64,000 bases of DNA from Pseudomonadota bacterium (GCA_041178425.1 JBEGVH010000006.1:192001-256000); one strand, 5' to 3'; positions 28,685 to 39,361 are shown, counted from the first letter of the stretch. The notes: generated from the letters alone by a model not told the origin. Numbers and translations: made by a program.

Positions 28685-29428
28685 ATGGCCAAAACAATTT
28701 TAATTCCAATTCCATCTAATGATTTTGATCCCACAGAATGTGCTGTTCCTTGGAAAATTCTTGTAGAGAATGGAGTTCAAGTTAAATTTGCAACTCCAAA
28801 TGGTGAAGTTGCTCAATGTGATCAAAGAATGCTTCACGGGTATGATCTTGGACCACTTTCTCCTGTACTCTCTGCTGACAAGAACGGCAAAATGGCATAT
28901 TTTGAACTTGAAAAAAATCATGAATTTCAACATCCCCTTGCTTGGGAGAATATAGTACCAGAGCAATTCGATGGAATTATTCTTCCAGGAGGACACGCTC
29001 AGGGAATGAAAGAATATCTTGAATCTGAACAACTAAAAAAATGCGTGAGTGTTTTTTTTCAATCCAATAAACCTGTGGGAGCCATTTGCCACGGAGTTGT
29101 CTTGGCCGCACGGAGTTCTATAAACGGAGTGAGTATTTTAAAGGGACGCAAAACAACGGCTCTTCTTTCGAGTCAAGAAATGCTGGCGTGGGGCTTAACC
29201 TGTTTGTGGTTGGGAAGTTATTATCGAACTTATTCTCAAACGGTAGAAGCTGAAGTGAAGTCTTGTTTAAATTCTCCAGATGATTTTTTGAAAGGACCGG
29301 TGCCCATCAAGAGAGATAACATGAATGATTTAGAAAGTGGTTTTACAGTTCGCGATGGAAATTATCTATCTGCTCGCTGGCCGGGTGATGCTCATCGATT
29401 CGGAATTGAGTTTTTAAAAATGCTTTAA
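28685..29428 (+). CDS. DJ-1/PfpI (class I glutamine amidotransferase-like) protein
   Basis: DFDPTECAVPW, LPGGH, GAICHG and SARWPGD motifs. Confidence 0.9.
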   Translation: MAKTILIPIPSNDFDPTECAVPWKILVENGVQVKFATPNGEVAQCDQRMLHGYDLGPLSPVLSADKNGKMAYFELEKNHEFQHPLAWENIVPEQFDGIILPGGHAQGMKEYLESEQLKKCVSVFFQSNKPVGAICHGVVLAARSSINGVSILKGRKTTALLSSQEMLAWGLTCLWLGSYYRTYSQTVEAEVKSCLNSPDDFLKGPVPIKRDNMNDLESGFTVRDGNYLSARWPGDAHRFGIEFLKML

Positions 29429-29512
29429 AAATAATCTTTAAATAATTTCAAAATTATTGCTGGTAATTTAAAGATTAGGATAAATCCATGGAATTATCTT
29501 AAGAAAATTCAT

Positions 29513-29992
29513 TTAAAAACTCACACTGCAAGTTTCTCGAATTAAAAATCGTTTGTAAATATCACATGAGTATATGCTGATCACAGTAAGTTCATTTTTA
29601 TTAATTTCAACTAATTCTTTAAATGAACTTAAAATATGCCCTCCACATTGACGGTCGTCACTCCCTGTTCCATCAGTCTTGTAAGTAATCATACCATTTT
29701 CAACATAGCGATCTTCGTCTTGAAAAAATGAAACAACATAAGGGTTGGATTCTCTATATTGGGGAAATCTATTATCGTTATTTCCATCTACTTCGATAAT
29801 AAATGCACTACCCATATTATCGGCAACAATTCTGCAATGACCTTGCTTAACGATTTGGTTGTTCTGAGTTACTTTAAACTCACCAGGACGATTTAAAAGT
29901 CTAATTATTTCTGTTGGGAGATTGAAATTATTTGCAAGAGTATCTCTAGGTATCATATAGATCGACAGGAGCGATAAAAGTAATAGTTTCAT
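29513..29992 (-). CDS. Hypothetical secreted protein
   Basis: Signal-like N-terminus, four Cys, AAGGA RBS. Confidence 0.6.
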   Translation of the reverse strand: MKLLLLSLLSIYMIPRDTLANNFNLPTEIIRLLNRPGEFKVTQNNQIVKQGHCRIVADNMGSAFIIEVDGNNDNRFPQYRESNPYVVSFFQDEDRYVENGMITYKTDGTGSDDRQCGGHILSSFKELVEINKNELTVISIYSCDIYKRFLIRETCSVSF

Positions 29993-30139
29993 CTTAAATC
30001 CTTTTAAAAATATTTTTTAAAAGATAACATTAAATTTAAGTGGTTTATCTATTTAATTACTTATAGGGTAAAGATTACACTTTATTGCTTTGATACCCTT
30101 CATTTTATGAAATTTTTCTGAAATGAAATCTGCAAGCGA

Positions 30140-31201
30140 TTACTCACACTGCTCAGGATTTTTAAAAGCTGCGCGAATTTGTTTGCTGGTTTTTAGTGAT
30201 AATGAATCGACTGTCCAATCTTCGTAATCATGTTGATAAAGCTTTTCGTAAATGAAAGCTAAAGTTCCCACGCGAATTCTGTTTCCAATAATTCCTTGAG
30301 TGAGGTATCCCCAAAAATGATACTGAAGCCCCGGGATATCATCTCCGTCGACAAGCTTTTCCATTTTATAAGAAACGACTGATGAAGTTGTGCGATTGAC
30401 AGTTAGAGCGTCCCCGCTGAAAATCCAAGGGATGACTCCCAGGGCGACAATGGGATCACCATAAATCTCAAGTGCCTTGTGAAAAAGTTTTTCAGGTGTA
30501 ACTGAAAAATTTTCTTGTTGTAATAACCACAAAAATAGTGGAGAAGAAAAATGATTATACTTTTGCGACTCATAAATAAATTGATTGAACATTTTATGAT
30601 CAGGATTTCCAACTCCAAGTTTAAAAAGATTCTTCTCTTTTACTCCCTCTTTTTTCTGCATAATGGGAAGACCGTTGCTATCGAGAGAAGGAAAAGAATA
30701 GTTAGCAACAGCAGGCATATGCTCTTCGATTTGTTCAATTAGGTTAGCTTCATTTCTTAATTGAAATTTAGGCTCTTCGCCATTGAGATACGAAATGTGG
30801 CGCATTCTTGCGAGGTGGATAAAAGATGAAAGATAATTCTCTGTAGGATCTTTCAGCTCTCTTTTGGGATTGCCATAAAGAATAAAGGCATTTTGCAAAT
30901 AGTATTCAGAGCGATCCATTGGAAAGCCGGGTAGACCTGTGATTTTTTCAATAGGTTTCGGCAGCGACAATCCAGCGGGGATTGGATAGGCATCAACCCA
31001 AGGATCAATATCTTTTCTTAGAATATCTAAAATCTCGACTCTAATTTTGTGAAGTGATTTATCAGGATATGTTTTTTTAATTGATTGTGAAACCTGGCAA
31101 GCAAACTTATCCATGCGCTCTTTTGTGAAATAAATATCAAGCGCAAAAGAAGAATGACTTGCGAGGGCAGTTAATATTAAAATGATTGTTTTTTTCAACA
31201 T
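30140..31201 (-). CDS. Hypothetical secreted protein
   Basis: Signal peptide ending SFA-L; 353-aa ORF; QYHFWGY motif. Confidence 0.7.
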   Translation of the reverse strand: MLKKTIILILTALASHSSFALDIYFTKERMDKFACQVSQSIKKTYPDKSLHKIRVEILDILRKDIDPWVDAYPIPAGLSLPKPIEKITGLPGFPMDRSEYYLQNAFILYGNPKRELKDPTENYLSSFIHLARMRHISYLNGEEPKFQLRNEANLIEQIEEHMPAVANYSFPSLDSNGLPIMQKKEGVKEKNLFKLGVGNPDHKMFNQFIYESQKYNHFSSPLFLWLLQQENFSVTPEKLFHKALEIYGDPIVALGVIPWIFSGDALTVNRTTSSVVSYKMEKLVDGDDIPGLQYHFWGYLTQGIIGNRIRVGTLAFIYEKLYQHDYEDWTVDSLSLKTSKQIRAAFKNPEQCE

Positions 31202-31325
31202 GGGAAAAGAATAGCAAGATTTACAATAGTCGAAGCACGGATTGAAAAAGCTTCATAGGTGAAAAAAATATGTCTAACGTTTTGACAGTTAAAATAAAAA
31301 GGGAGGATTTCTCCTCCCCCAAATC

Positions 31326-31415
31326 TTAAAGATACTTCCTTAACGACTCTAAAATTATTGTTAGTAATTTTAGAATCAGGATTAGTAGCTTTAATGATTT
31401 TAAAACCTTGAGAAT
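31326..31415 (-). pseudogene. Second TisB-like peptide gene with ATT in place of ATG (xLKVLKSLKLLILILKLLTIILESLRKYL)
   Basis: Codon-for-codon alignment with 28030-28119, same leader hairpins and terminator (unit ~31292-31463); no adjacent sRNA. Confidence 0.6.
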
Positions 31416-31460
31416 CCTTGCCTCCAAAAGATCGCCTTCATTGGCGCGGAAGCTCTCGGC

Positions 31461-31961
31461 TTGAAAAAATATCCCTCAATAGAATTCAGCATTGATCTAA
31501 ATCCAGCTAAAATTGATCTAAAATCAGAAGGGATTGATATTGCCATTAGACCTGGAATTCAAAAAGATTCTGGTCTATTTATTCGGAAATTAGATGAAAT
31601 TCAACCCGCGCTTTTTGCCTCATTAGAATATATAAAAAAAAATGGTCGGCCTAAAAATTATGAAGATTTGAAAAAACATAAATTAATTTCAACCAAGATA
31701 ATAAATCTCGATGGCGAATCTTATAAGCCTGCCATTCTTGCTAATAGTATGTCTTTTGTAAAACAAGTCACCCTTGAGAGTGCAGCCATAGGATGCTTGG
31801 CCGAAGAATTTATTATGAATGAAAAAAAATCAGGTAAACTTGTTCGCTTATTTCCAGAAAAAAATTTACCTAAATCTCCCATCTATTTGGTTTTTACCAA
31901 TAAAAAATTAGCCAAGCGGGTTTCTTTACTGGTTCAAGAAATAATTGAATTTAAGGAATAA
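31461..31961 (+). pseudogene. 5'-truncated LysR-type regulator (substrate-binding domain only)
   Basis: KYPSIEFSI...IDLKSEGIDIAIR...LFASLEYIKKNGRP; no HTH; starts at the edge of the toxin repeat and ends inside the 146-bp repeat. Confidence 0.8.
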
Positions 31962-32099
31962 GCAATTCAAATGGTTTTTGGCTTTCCCAAAGCCCCCCCG
32001 AAAGCCGGTCGCAAAAGGCCTCCAGAGGGAGCGTTTAGCCTCTGGATCCAGTTTTTTTGTGGGGCAAATATTATGTTGAGGTGGCGGAAGGGCTAATCA
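31954..32099 (+). repeat. 146-bp direct repeat, copy 2
   Basis: Matches 25023-25168. Confidence 0.95.
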
Positions 32100-32195
32100 C
32101 CAGGAAAACAACCGATTTTGACACTTTTTGACAATAGGTGGCTAAAAACTGGCTTCACCAATCTTCGGGCCGCATTACCCGCCAGCAAAGTGGGC

Positions 32196-32355
32196 TCGAA
32201 GCGTGGGGAGGGAAATTCCTGAGGAGGGAGCAACTGAGGGCTCCGGCGAACGTGATGTGTTGGTCAGCCCCGAAGGGGCCTGACCACGCCGGCGTAGGCC
32301 ATGGAATGGCCGCACCGAAGTGCTACCTCCTCAGGAATTTCCTCCCACCCTTCGA
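32196..32355. repeat. Structured palindromic element, copy A
   Basis: 87-nt core (32234-32320) shared with 62281-62367, enclosed by a ~35-bp imperfect inverted repeat. Confidence 0.85.
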
Positions 32356-32422
32356 TTTCACGAAGGACCCCACAGAGGATGGATAGGAATTGACACCGGT
32401 CAAAAAGTAGCGAAAGTCGTCT

Positions 32423-33268
32423 GTGATGAACAATACTGATTTTCGCATCGGCATACTTAGCTTCAATCACCCAGAAATCACTGAGCGCGCCATTCAGTCG
32501 TGCTTGGATGCCGTTCCATCGGCCCCTATCACCTTATTGCACAATGGGAGTGAGCCGCGCTGGATTGAACGACTCCAAAAAAATTTTCCTGCTATTGATC
32601 ATGTTATTTTAAGTGAAAACGGAGGCTTCACAGGTGGCGCCAACGCACTCATTGAACGCGTTATCTCTCAATCGGAGTGGTGTTTATTTTTAACTAACGA
32701 CGTTCAACTATTAAAAGCACAGATACCCGATCGCATTGGCTTAGTGGCTCCCCTTATTCATCGCAGAAAAAAAGGGCTTATTGATTCCATGGGTGCTCTC
32801 TTCTTTCCACACTCAGGCCATTTAGAACATTGCCGAAGCCACGAACGTTTTATTTATCTTCCACAAAAGGCTCTACGCTATGTGCCTGGCACGGCCTTTT
32901 GGATTCATCGTGAGGTCTATCAAAAAGTTGGCGGCTTTGATGTTAGTCTCGACACTTACTGGGAAGACGTTGATTACTCTCAAAAAATTCAGCAACAGGA
33001 ACAAGCCCTTTATTATTGTGAAAAAACTGAACTTCTTCACAGCGTGGGAAAAACCTGTCATAAAATCAAAAAATACACAGCTTATCTTTTTGTTAGAAAC
33101 AAGTATTATGTTTCATTGAGGTATTTAAAAAAACCATTTGATCGAGGTCTATTTCGGTTTTGGTTTTGGATGAGGTGGCTGACTGAGACCCTAAATGTAG
33201 CCTTTCGTGGAAACAAAGAGGTCTTAGCCATTAAGCTTCAGATCGCTAAAGACCTCTTGTTAAAATAA
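32423..33268 (+). CDS. GT2 family glycosyltransferase
   Basis: ILSFN, ENGGFTGGAN, FLTND, VGGFD and YWEDVD motifs. Confidence 0.88.
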   Translation: MMNNTDFRIGILSFNHPEITERAIQSCLDAVPSAPITLLHNGSEPRWIERLQKNFPAIDHVILSENGGFTGGANALIERVISQSEWCLFLTNDVQLLKAQIPDRIGLVAPLIHRRKKGLIDSMGALFFPHSGHLEHCRSHERFIYLPQKALRYVPGTAFWIHREVYQKVGGFDVSLDTYWEDVDYSQKIQQQEQALYYCEKTELLHSVGKTCHKIKKYTAYLFVRNKYYVSLRYLKKPFDRGLFRFWFWMRWLTETLNVAFRGNKEVLAIKLQIAKDLLLK

Positions 33269-33287
33269 GATCGAACGCAACAGTCTT

Positions 33288-33851
33288 TTATTCTATGACA
33301 TATTGAAAATTAACATTCACAACTTGGCCTCCAGAGGCCCCTTCAAAAGGCTTTCCTCCCATTTTATCGTAGGACAACTCCAATCCCAATTCACTCGTTA
33401 GGAGAACATTAAAACCCAGGCTTAGTTGAATATCGGTTCCTCTTACTTTGTAGCTATTAACACTGCAACTGGCCCCAGAAACCCCTTCGCAGCTCTTAGA
33501 GGCATTCACACTTATCACCGGACCACCAAAAACCAAAACACGCTCGCCAAGATGCAATCCAGCTGTTAGCGGCACGTTGATATTAGAAATTTTTAGATTT
33601 ACTTCGCTGTTACCCGAACCAATATTCAATGAGTTTTGAGCCAGAAGAGCCCCAAGTCGTACATCCACTGAATCAGTCATGGGTTGATAAAATAGAGCAC
33701 CGAACTGAAGACTTTGATCGTTATTGATATCTACACCCGTACTGCTATCGATATGCACCTGAGACACTCCAAGCGTCAATCCTACCCGCTGTGCAAAGGC
33801 TGAAGTGCTAAAGCCAACTAAAAGAGAGAAAATAAAAAGACTGTTTTTCAT
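33288..33851 (-). CDS. Outer-membrane beta-barrel (8-stranded, OmpA-like) protein
   Basis: Signal peptide ending AFA-Q, amphipathic strands, INVPL and terminal VNFQY. Confidence 0.7.
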   Translation of the reverse strand: MKNSLFIFSLLVGFSTSAFAQRVGLTLGVSQVHIDSSTGVDINNDQSLQFGALFYQPMTDSVDVRLGALLAQNSLNIGSGNSEVNLKISNINVPLTAGLHLGERVLVFGGPVISVNASKSCEGVSGASCSVNSYKVRGTDIQLSLGFNVLLTSELGLELSYDKMGGKPFEGASGGQVVNVNFQYVIE

Positions 33852-33916
33852 AGGAACACTCCTCCTACGAAAAGCATCCTGATTTTCCATGGGATTGTCT
33901 AGTAAACTTATTTTAC

Positions 33917-34666
33917 TTACACTGCATTATCGAGCAGTGCGAATTCTTCGAGTAATTGGAGAATAATATGGTGAACCCTTCGCCTTTGAACATCAACACC
34001 CTGATCGGCGGTAAAAAACAAATCAGTAATACCCTTTAACTCAAGGCGATCGCGTCGATGTTTTTCAAGCGACTCCCCTTTTTTTACAATTTTTATAAAT
34101 CGATTATTTTTCTTAAAGTGCAGATAAATATCTTGTTCTGCCACCTCATCGGGGGAAATGGTTTCAACAGAACGACTCGCAAAACGATCATCGTCGGCCA
34201 TCTTTTCTAAGCGAAAGTAGCCGTAAAAAGCACAGCCGTGAGATGTTTCCTGCATGAAACAATAATTGCTCATTTTTACTAAAAAATTTAACTCAAGATG
34301 AGTGGGATCATTCATCTGAAAGTTTTCGATAAAATATAGTTTGGCTCCTGAAGATTTGATCACATTTTGCAGCTGCTTTAGTAGCGGTTCAAAAATCGGC
34401 TTAAGATTATTTTTTGGAAAATCAGAACCAACCAAAATCAAGCTGGAAAAGTTTTGGGTTTCAATTACGATACCTGTAATATTATAAATCTCGTGCGTAT
34501 CTTCGAAAGAAACGTGCTCACCCGCTTCAAAACGCTCAGTGCAGACCATCTGTAAGGCAAGCAAAGAAACGTCGTCGCGCATCTGAGTTTGTCGACCTTG
34601 ACTCGAACTACCTTTGCCTCTGACGTAGATTTTCTCTGAGTAACCTTTTTTGGATTTTCCCGTCAT
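33917..34666 (-). CDS. Hypothetical cytoplasmic protein
   Basis: 249-aa ORF filling the gap; no motif recognised with confidence. Confidence 0.6.
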   Translation of the reverse strand: MTGKSKKGYSEKIYVRGKGSSSQGRQTQMRDDVSLLALQMVCTERFEAGEHVSFEDTHEIYNITGIVIETQNFSSLILVGSDFPKNNLKPIFEPLLKQLQNVIKSSGAKLYFIENFQMNDPTHLELNFLVKMSNYCFMQETSHGCAFYGYFRLEKMADDDRFASRSVETISPDEVAEQDIYLHFKKNNRFIKIVKKGESLEKHRRDRLELKGITDLFFTADQGVDVQRRRVHHIILQLLEEFALLDNAV

Positions 34667-34780
34667 ACCCTAATAACACTAGGATTTACAGAATTCTTCA
34701 ACCAATTACCCCTCAGAGGGCCATCAAAAACCCACCAAGGTCTAGATGGCGAGAAAGTCTTGTATCGAAAAAGGGCGGAC

Positions 34781-35935
34781 TTAGCCCTTAACCGAAATTT
34801 TAGATGCGGCTTTGATGGCCAAGCTCTTCGCTTTCTCAACGGTTGAGCTTCTTGATAAAACCACAGCCATTCGTCGAAATGGCCTCATCGTTGGCTTACC
34901 AAAAATGCGCACATCGACATCTTTTAATTCGAGCGCTTTGTCGACTCCAGAGAATTTTGGTTGTTTCTCTGACTCTTTGGTTGCAAGAACAACAGCCGAT
35001 GCACTAGGGCCGTAATACTTTATGTCTGTGATCGGCAATCCTAAAACCGCACGAGCATGAAGATCAAATTCAGATAGGTTTTGCGAGATCAAAGTCACCA
35101 TTCCCGTATCGTGAGGACGCGGTGATAACTCAGAGAAATAAACATCATTTTTTGTAATAAAAAATTCGACACCAAATATTCCCGCTCCGCCAAGACGATC
35201 GGTCATTTTTTTTGCCATTTTTTGAGCCTTTTTTAATAACTCAGGCTTTATTTTTGCTGGCATCCAAGACTCGCGATAATCACCTCGTTCTTGCCGATGA
35301 CCAATCGGGGCAACAAACAGGGTTTTCCCTTTTCGTTGCTTCACCGTTAGTAAAGTGATCTCGAATTCAAAGGGAATAAACTCTTCAACGATTACTTTTT
35401 TCTTATCTCCGCGCATCCCTTCACAAGCATAATTCCAGGCCGTTTTTATTTGCTTTGACGATTTGATGATCGATTGCCCTTTGCCCGAGGATGACATGAC
35501 CGGTTTAATCACACAAGGGTAACCAATCTTGTCTGCGGCAGCGATCAACTCGACTTCACTCTGAGCATAAGCGTAGTTTGCCGTCTTGAGTTTAAGTTCA
35601 TGACTAGCTACATCACGAATAGCATCCCGATTCATTGTAAGATGGGCCGCTTCTGCTGTTGGAATAATGGTGAAGCCTTTGTTTTCAAGCTCCAGGAGTT
35701 TCTCTGTGCGAATCGCCTCAATCTCAGGAACAATCAAATCAGGTTTATGCTTTTTTACTAATCGATCAATTTCGTCCCCATCAAGCATGTCGATTACTTC
35801 ATAGGTATCCGCCACCTGCATGGCAGGAGCCCCTTCGTATCGATCAACGGCGATGACATATTGGCCTAATCTTTTTGCTGAAATCACAAATTCTTTTCCT
35901 AATTCACCTGAGCCCAAAAGCATAATTTTTTTCAT
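34781..35935 (-). CDS. purT: Formate-dependent phosphoribosylglycinamide formyltransferase
   Basis: [34 protein letters not shown] and [10 protein letters not shown] motifs. Confidence 0.97.
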   Translation of the reverse strand: MKKIMLLGSGELGKEFVISAKRLGQYVIAVDRYEGAPAMQVADTYEVIDMLDGDEIDRLVKKHKPDLIVPEIEAIRTEKLLELENKGFTIIPTAEAAHLTMNRDAIRDVASHELKLKTANYAYAQSEVELIAAADKIGYPCVIKPVMSSSGKGQSIIKSSKQIKTAWNYACEGMRGDKKKVIVEEFIPFEFEITLLTVKQRKGKTLFVAPIGHRQERGDYRESWMPAKIKPELLKKAQKMAKKMTDRLGGAGIFGVEFFITKNDVYFSELSPRPHDTGMVTLISQNLSEFDLHARAVLGLPITDIKYYGPSASAVVLATKESEKQPKFSGVDKALELKDVDVRIFGKPTMRPFRRMAVVLSRSSTVEKAKSLAIKAASKISVKG

Positions 35936-36588
35936 AAACTTTCTCCTGTCATTAAGATCGCACGAACGGGGGAGGCTTCTGCCCCTTCGAGCTTCAAGGG
36001 GAGCGCAATAAGCTGGTACCGACCTGACGGAACTCTTTCTAAAGTTAATCCCTCAAGAATGGCGATTCGATTTTTATAGAAGGTCTGGTGGGCGTCGAGC
36101 GTTTTACTGTTGGAATGATCCATCGACGGGGTATCAATTCCGATCAATACAACACCCTTTTGTGAAAGCCAATCGATTGTTTCAACACTCAAGTGAGTGA
36201 ATTCGTCTTGCCAGACACTCAGATCGCGAAGAGAGTGGCTTTTAAATAAAATGCGAGGTGCTGAAATGGTCACACCAGAAAGATCAGAAGGATTTACAGC
36301 TCCACGGCAATGAGTCACATCAATCACTTGGCAGTCGCCAAGATAGGTTTCGAGTGAGCATTGATCAATACTCACTCCGTCTTGATGGTAGTGCGATGGA
36401 GCATCAGCATGAGCTCCAATATGAAGAGTTGTTTGAATTGAGCTAAGACTAAGATGGTTCCCATTTTTAAAATCTAGTGAAATTCTTTTTTCGAAAGGAA
36501 CATCACCAGGAAAAACTGCCAGCCTATTATTAATCGGAGGAGAAATATCAAAAATCTGCCGCCTGAACTTTGGAGATTGTATCGTCAA
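35932..36588 (-). CDS. kynB: Kynurenine formamidase (cyclase family)
   Basis: [29 protein letters not shown] and ASPVRA motifs; kynA nearby. Confidence 0.88.
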   Translation of the reverse strand: MTIQSPKFRRQIFDISPPINNRLAVFPGDVPFEKRISLDFKNGNHLSLSSIQTTLHIGAHADAPSHYHQDGVSIDQCSLETYLGDCQVIDVTHCRGAVNPSDLSGVTISAPRILFKSHSLRDLSVWQDEFTHLSVETIDWLSQKGVVLIGIDTPSMDHSNSKTLDAHQTFYKNRIAILEGLTLERVPSGRYQLIALPLKLEGAEASPVRAILMTGESL

Positions 36589-37832
36589 CCTAACAACTCC
36601 TCAACTCTCGGTTTAATTTTCTCCATGAACACTTTCATATTCTTTTTTATCTGCTCATTATTGTGATTATTAAAATCAAACCAAAGCATGAGTCTATCAT
36701 CTCGATGATATTTTTTGACGATCGCCTGTGCCACTTCCTCGGGGTTTCCTGCAATAGAATTCTCAACGGCGCCCGCTACTTTTTTTGGATCGAGTGTTTT
36801 TTCCATGGCGACCCAATAATTTTCCCAAGCCTTTTTTGAATGTTCTCGAGCCTTCGCTGACTGTTCTTGAGGCGACAGACCTTCGCTGTCATCGACAAAA
36901 ATCAGAGCTGTGCGAGGCATGAGAGACCGACTCCAAGCGCCACCCTGAGGATGAAAATCACGAGTCATGCGCCGGTGAGTTTCCTCTATGACATCGGCAG
37001 GGGTGATCGAAAGATTAAAAACTCCCGTAGGCAGAATTTCGTTGGCCATTCGCTGGGTTTCTGGATCATGAGACCCAATAGTCAGCCGCAACTTATCGAG
37101 TGGCGCTTCAAAAGGGATGATTCCTACCTTATCAAAGACAAAAAACGGAAGATGAAGGATTTTTTCTCCATCCCAACGGCGCCAATCTTCTTTGGCCAAA
37201 CCTTGCACTTTCTCCCAGGTGTTTTGATCTCGAAAGTCTTCTCGACGAAGATAAATGGGGCCAATCTCCTTGCTCGCAAACTTATCGCCGCGCAAGGCCT
37301 TGAGCATAATGAGGGTCGCTTCTTGAAAAACCTTGTTTTTAACTACATCCCATGCAGCTTCATCCACTAAATCTCGCGGACGAATTCCATAAGCATGATA
37401 AGAAAACGGAAAACGACCAGCAGCAAAACCAAATTCTAAAAGGCGCTTTTCGTTCGGGCGGAGCGCATGGAGCGAAAGAAAGGTTTTTACAGCTTCAGCA
37501 TGAGCCAGAGGGCCACCATTAGATAAAATATTTCGAATGGCCGATCCAACATTGAGATTTTTGGTTTGACTAAAAATAATATGAGCAAGCTGGAGTATGT
37601 CAGTATTAAGTCCAATTTCCCCTTTGAAGTGTGGTATCACAGCGCCAGGGTTTTCTTTCTGAACCTGACAAGACAAATGAGTTTCCGCAAGCCAGGCGGT
37701 ACCAAAACCGAGTTGATCGGCCAACTGCACTTGATCGAAAAAGTTTTCCCACATGGTTCTCTCTGTTGGGAGATAACCATCCACCTCTGTTTGGCAAATC
37801 GAAAAAAAGATGTCGTATTTCATGGCAGACAT
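36585..37832 (-). CDS. Luciferase-like (LLM class) flavin-dependent monooxygenase
   Basis: LADQLGFGTAWLAETH, TKNLNVGSAI, LEFGFAAG and AGNPEEVA motifs; stop overlaps the kynB start. Confidence 0.85.
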   Translation of the reverse strand: MSAMKYDIFFSICQTEVDGYLPTERTMWENFFDQVQLADQLGFGTAWLAETHLSCQVQKENPGAVIPHFKGEIGLNTDILQLAHIIFSQTKNLNVGSAIRNILSNGGPLAHAEAVKTFLSLHALRPNEKRLLEFGFAAGRFPFSYHAYGIRPRDLVDEAAWDVVKNKVFQEATLIMLKALRGDKFASKEIGPIYLRREDFRDQNTWEKVQGLAKEDWRRWDGEKILHLPFFVFDKVGIIPFEAPLDKLRLTIGSHDPETQRMANEILPTGVFNLSITPADVIEETHRRMTRDFHPQGGAWSRSLMPRTALIFVDDSEGLSPQEQSAKAREHSKKAWENYWVAMEKTLDPKKVAGAVENSIAGNPEEVAQAIVKKYHRDDRLMLWFDFNNHNNEQIKKNMKVFMEKIKPRVEELLG

Positions 37833-37981
37833 TAGAAACAAAAGAACTTTAATTGTCAGTCTTTTCTCACCGCGCAATTAAATAAATATCGATGACTCAA
37901 GGAAATAGCTAAAAAGAGAAAACTTGGCTCAGGACGAATATCTCCCCACCGCTCAGATCTGCAGTAGGGAGAGTGAAAACT

Positions 37982-39361
37982 TTAATCTTCGTAGTCGATG
38001 GGCTCAAGAGGGGGTGTGTTTAATGGCGCAACCGTGTAGTCCGGAACAATGACACCCGACATTCCTGACGCTGGCAAAGATTTAGGATGGGCATACTTGT
38101 AAAATCGCCCTGTATCGACCAAGAAATGCCCATTAAACTCGCTACCGTAAATGCGATAGATATTGCCAAGAGCTCCTGTGCCAGCGCCAATAAAGCCTGG
38201 CGAAAAACGATATTTTCTCACAGTCGGATATTGGTCAATATTGTAAACACCTTCTTCTAGCCATTCAGAGGCCGGAACACCTCGGTCTAAGACTGCCTGA
38301 CGCTCGATCGTAGCGGCTCTTGAATCATTGATGGGGCTCGACTTGGTAAGAATATAGAAAAAAGGAACGCGCTGTTTCTGTGATTTATAGCTATACAGCG
38401 AAGGCTGCCAAACCGCTTCTCTGGCATAAACACGAATAATCGGCGTGCCCGCTGCTATAATATGGCGAAGGAAAGCAACGGCCCCATTTTCAAGGCGAGT
38501 GCACCCTGAGCTACGAGCATCATTAATGCTGCTTAAGAAAAGATTACGTGTAACATCAATAAACTTAGGGCCATCAGAACCCCAACCGGCTGTTCCATGA
38601 ATCCATTGGTAGTTGGCCTTGGGTCCTAGAATGGCAGCGAACCATCCGAAGGCTCCTCTCATTTGACCATTTTTATTGGGCATCACATCGCTATCAAACC
38701 AGTCACTAAAATCAGAGCCTGGAGGTGGCACTGGTGGATAGTCTTTAGAGTACCAAGCTGGATAATGGCCTTCACCATCTTCGTGAAATTTATCCCAGTA
38801 CTGGATTTTATTTACGCCCAGATGTGTGTACCATTCCTCTGGAGAGAAAAGGCTATTCTTTCTTCGACCCACCACCATGTCGGATTCAAAAACCAAGCGA
38901 TGAGGGCATCCCGCATACTTTGTGCACTTTTCATAAACTCGAGTCACTTCAGTCGCAACGTTTTGCACCACAAAGTATTGAGTCGAAATATTATTCTGTG
39001 AATTCTTTGCTGATAAATACTCAGCGCTCACATAGAGGCGATCGTAGGCGTTAAGTGACACTCCCCTGCCCGAAACTACTTTCACTTCTACAAAGGGATT
39101 TGCGTCGTCGAGCAAACTAACAATCGAGACGAGATCATTCCGGTGCAGACGCCCAATGGCCTCTTCTTCTTTAACAGGAGCAAGACGAACTTTAATGGTA
39201 TCAGCATCCACAAAGTAATTCAGACCAACTTTTAATTTTGCCTTTGCCGATGGTACGACTGGTTTAGAGTCCGAAAATAAAAAAGACTGTGCCATGGAAA
39301 CTTCGCCCACCGCGAGAATGCTGGCACAAAGAAAACCCACCAAAAAAGACCACTGAATCAT
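37982..39361 (-). CDS. Secreted L,D-transpeptidase with SH3-like N-terminal domain
   Basis: VVG, GAFGW, WIHGT and SSGCTRL motifs; IKVRLAP...YVSAEYL SH3-like segment. Confidence 0.8.
   Translation of the reverse strand: MIQWSFLVGFLCASILAVGEVSMAQSFLFSDSKPVVPSAKAKLKVGLNYFVDADTIKVRLAPVKEEEAIGRLHRNDLVSIVSLLDDANPFVEVKVVSGRGVSLNAYDRLYVSAEYLSAKNSQNNISTQYFVVQNVATEVTRVYEKCTKYAGCPHRLVFESDMVVGRRKNSLFSPEEWYTHLGVNKIQYWDKFHEDGEGHYPAWYSKDYPPVPPPGSDFSDWFDSDVMPNKNGQMRGAFGWFAAILGPKANYQWIHGTAGWGSDGPKFIDVTRNLFLSSINDARSSGCTRLENGAVAFLRHIIAAGTPIIRVYAREAVWQPSLYSYKSQKQRVPFFYILTKSSPINDSRAATIERQAVLDRGVPASEWLEEGVYNIDQYPTVRKYRFSPGFIGAGTGALGNIYRIYGSEFNGHFLVDTGRFYKYAHPKSLPASGMSGVIVPDYTVAPLNTPPLEPIDYED

Noticed and set aside
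25023..32099. CRISPR array or integron interpretation of the island repeats
   Set aside because: Only two long copies 6.9 kb apart; no short regularly spaced repeats, cas genes, integron integrase or clear attC sites.
32234..32320. Hammerhead ribozyme reading of the element core (CTGA...CGAA)
   Set aside because: Reads CTGAGGG/GAAG rather than CUGANGA/GAAA and lacks the stem I/III junction with an NUH site; better explained as tandem GA pairs.
32138..32470. ORFs across the structured elements (also 62232-62489, 62262-62453, 62348-62659)
   Set aside because: Products of GC-rich palindromes; no convincing RBS, protein motif or consistent start/stop between the two copies.
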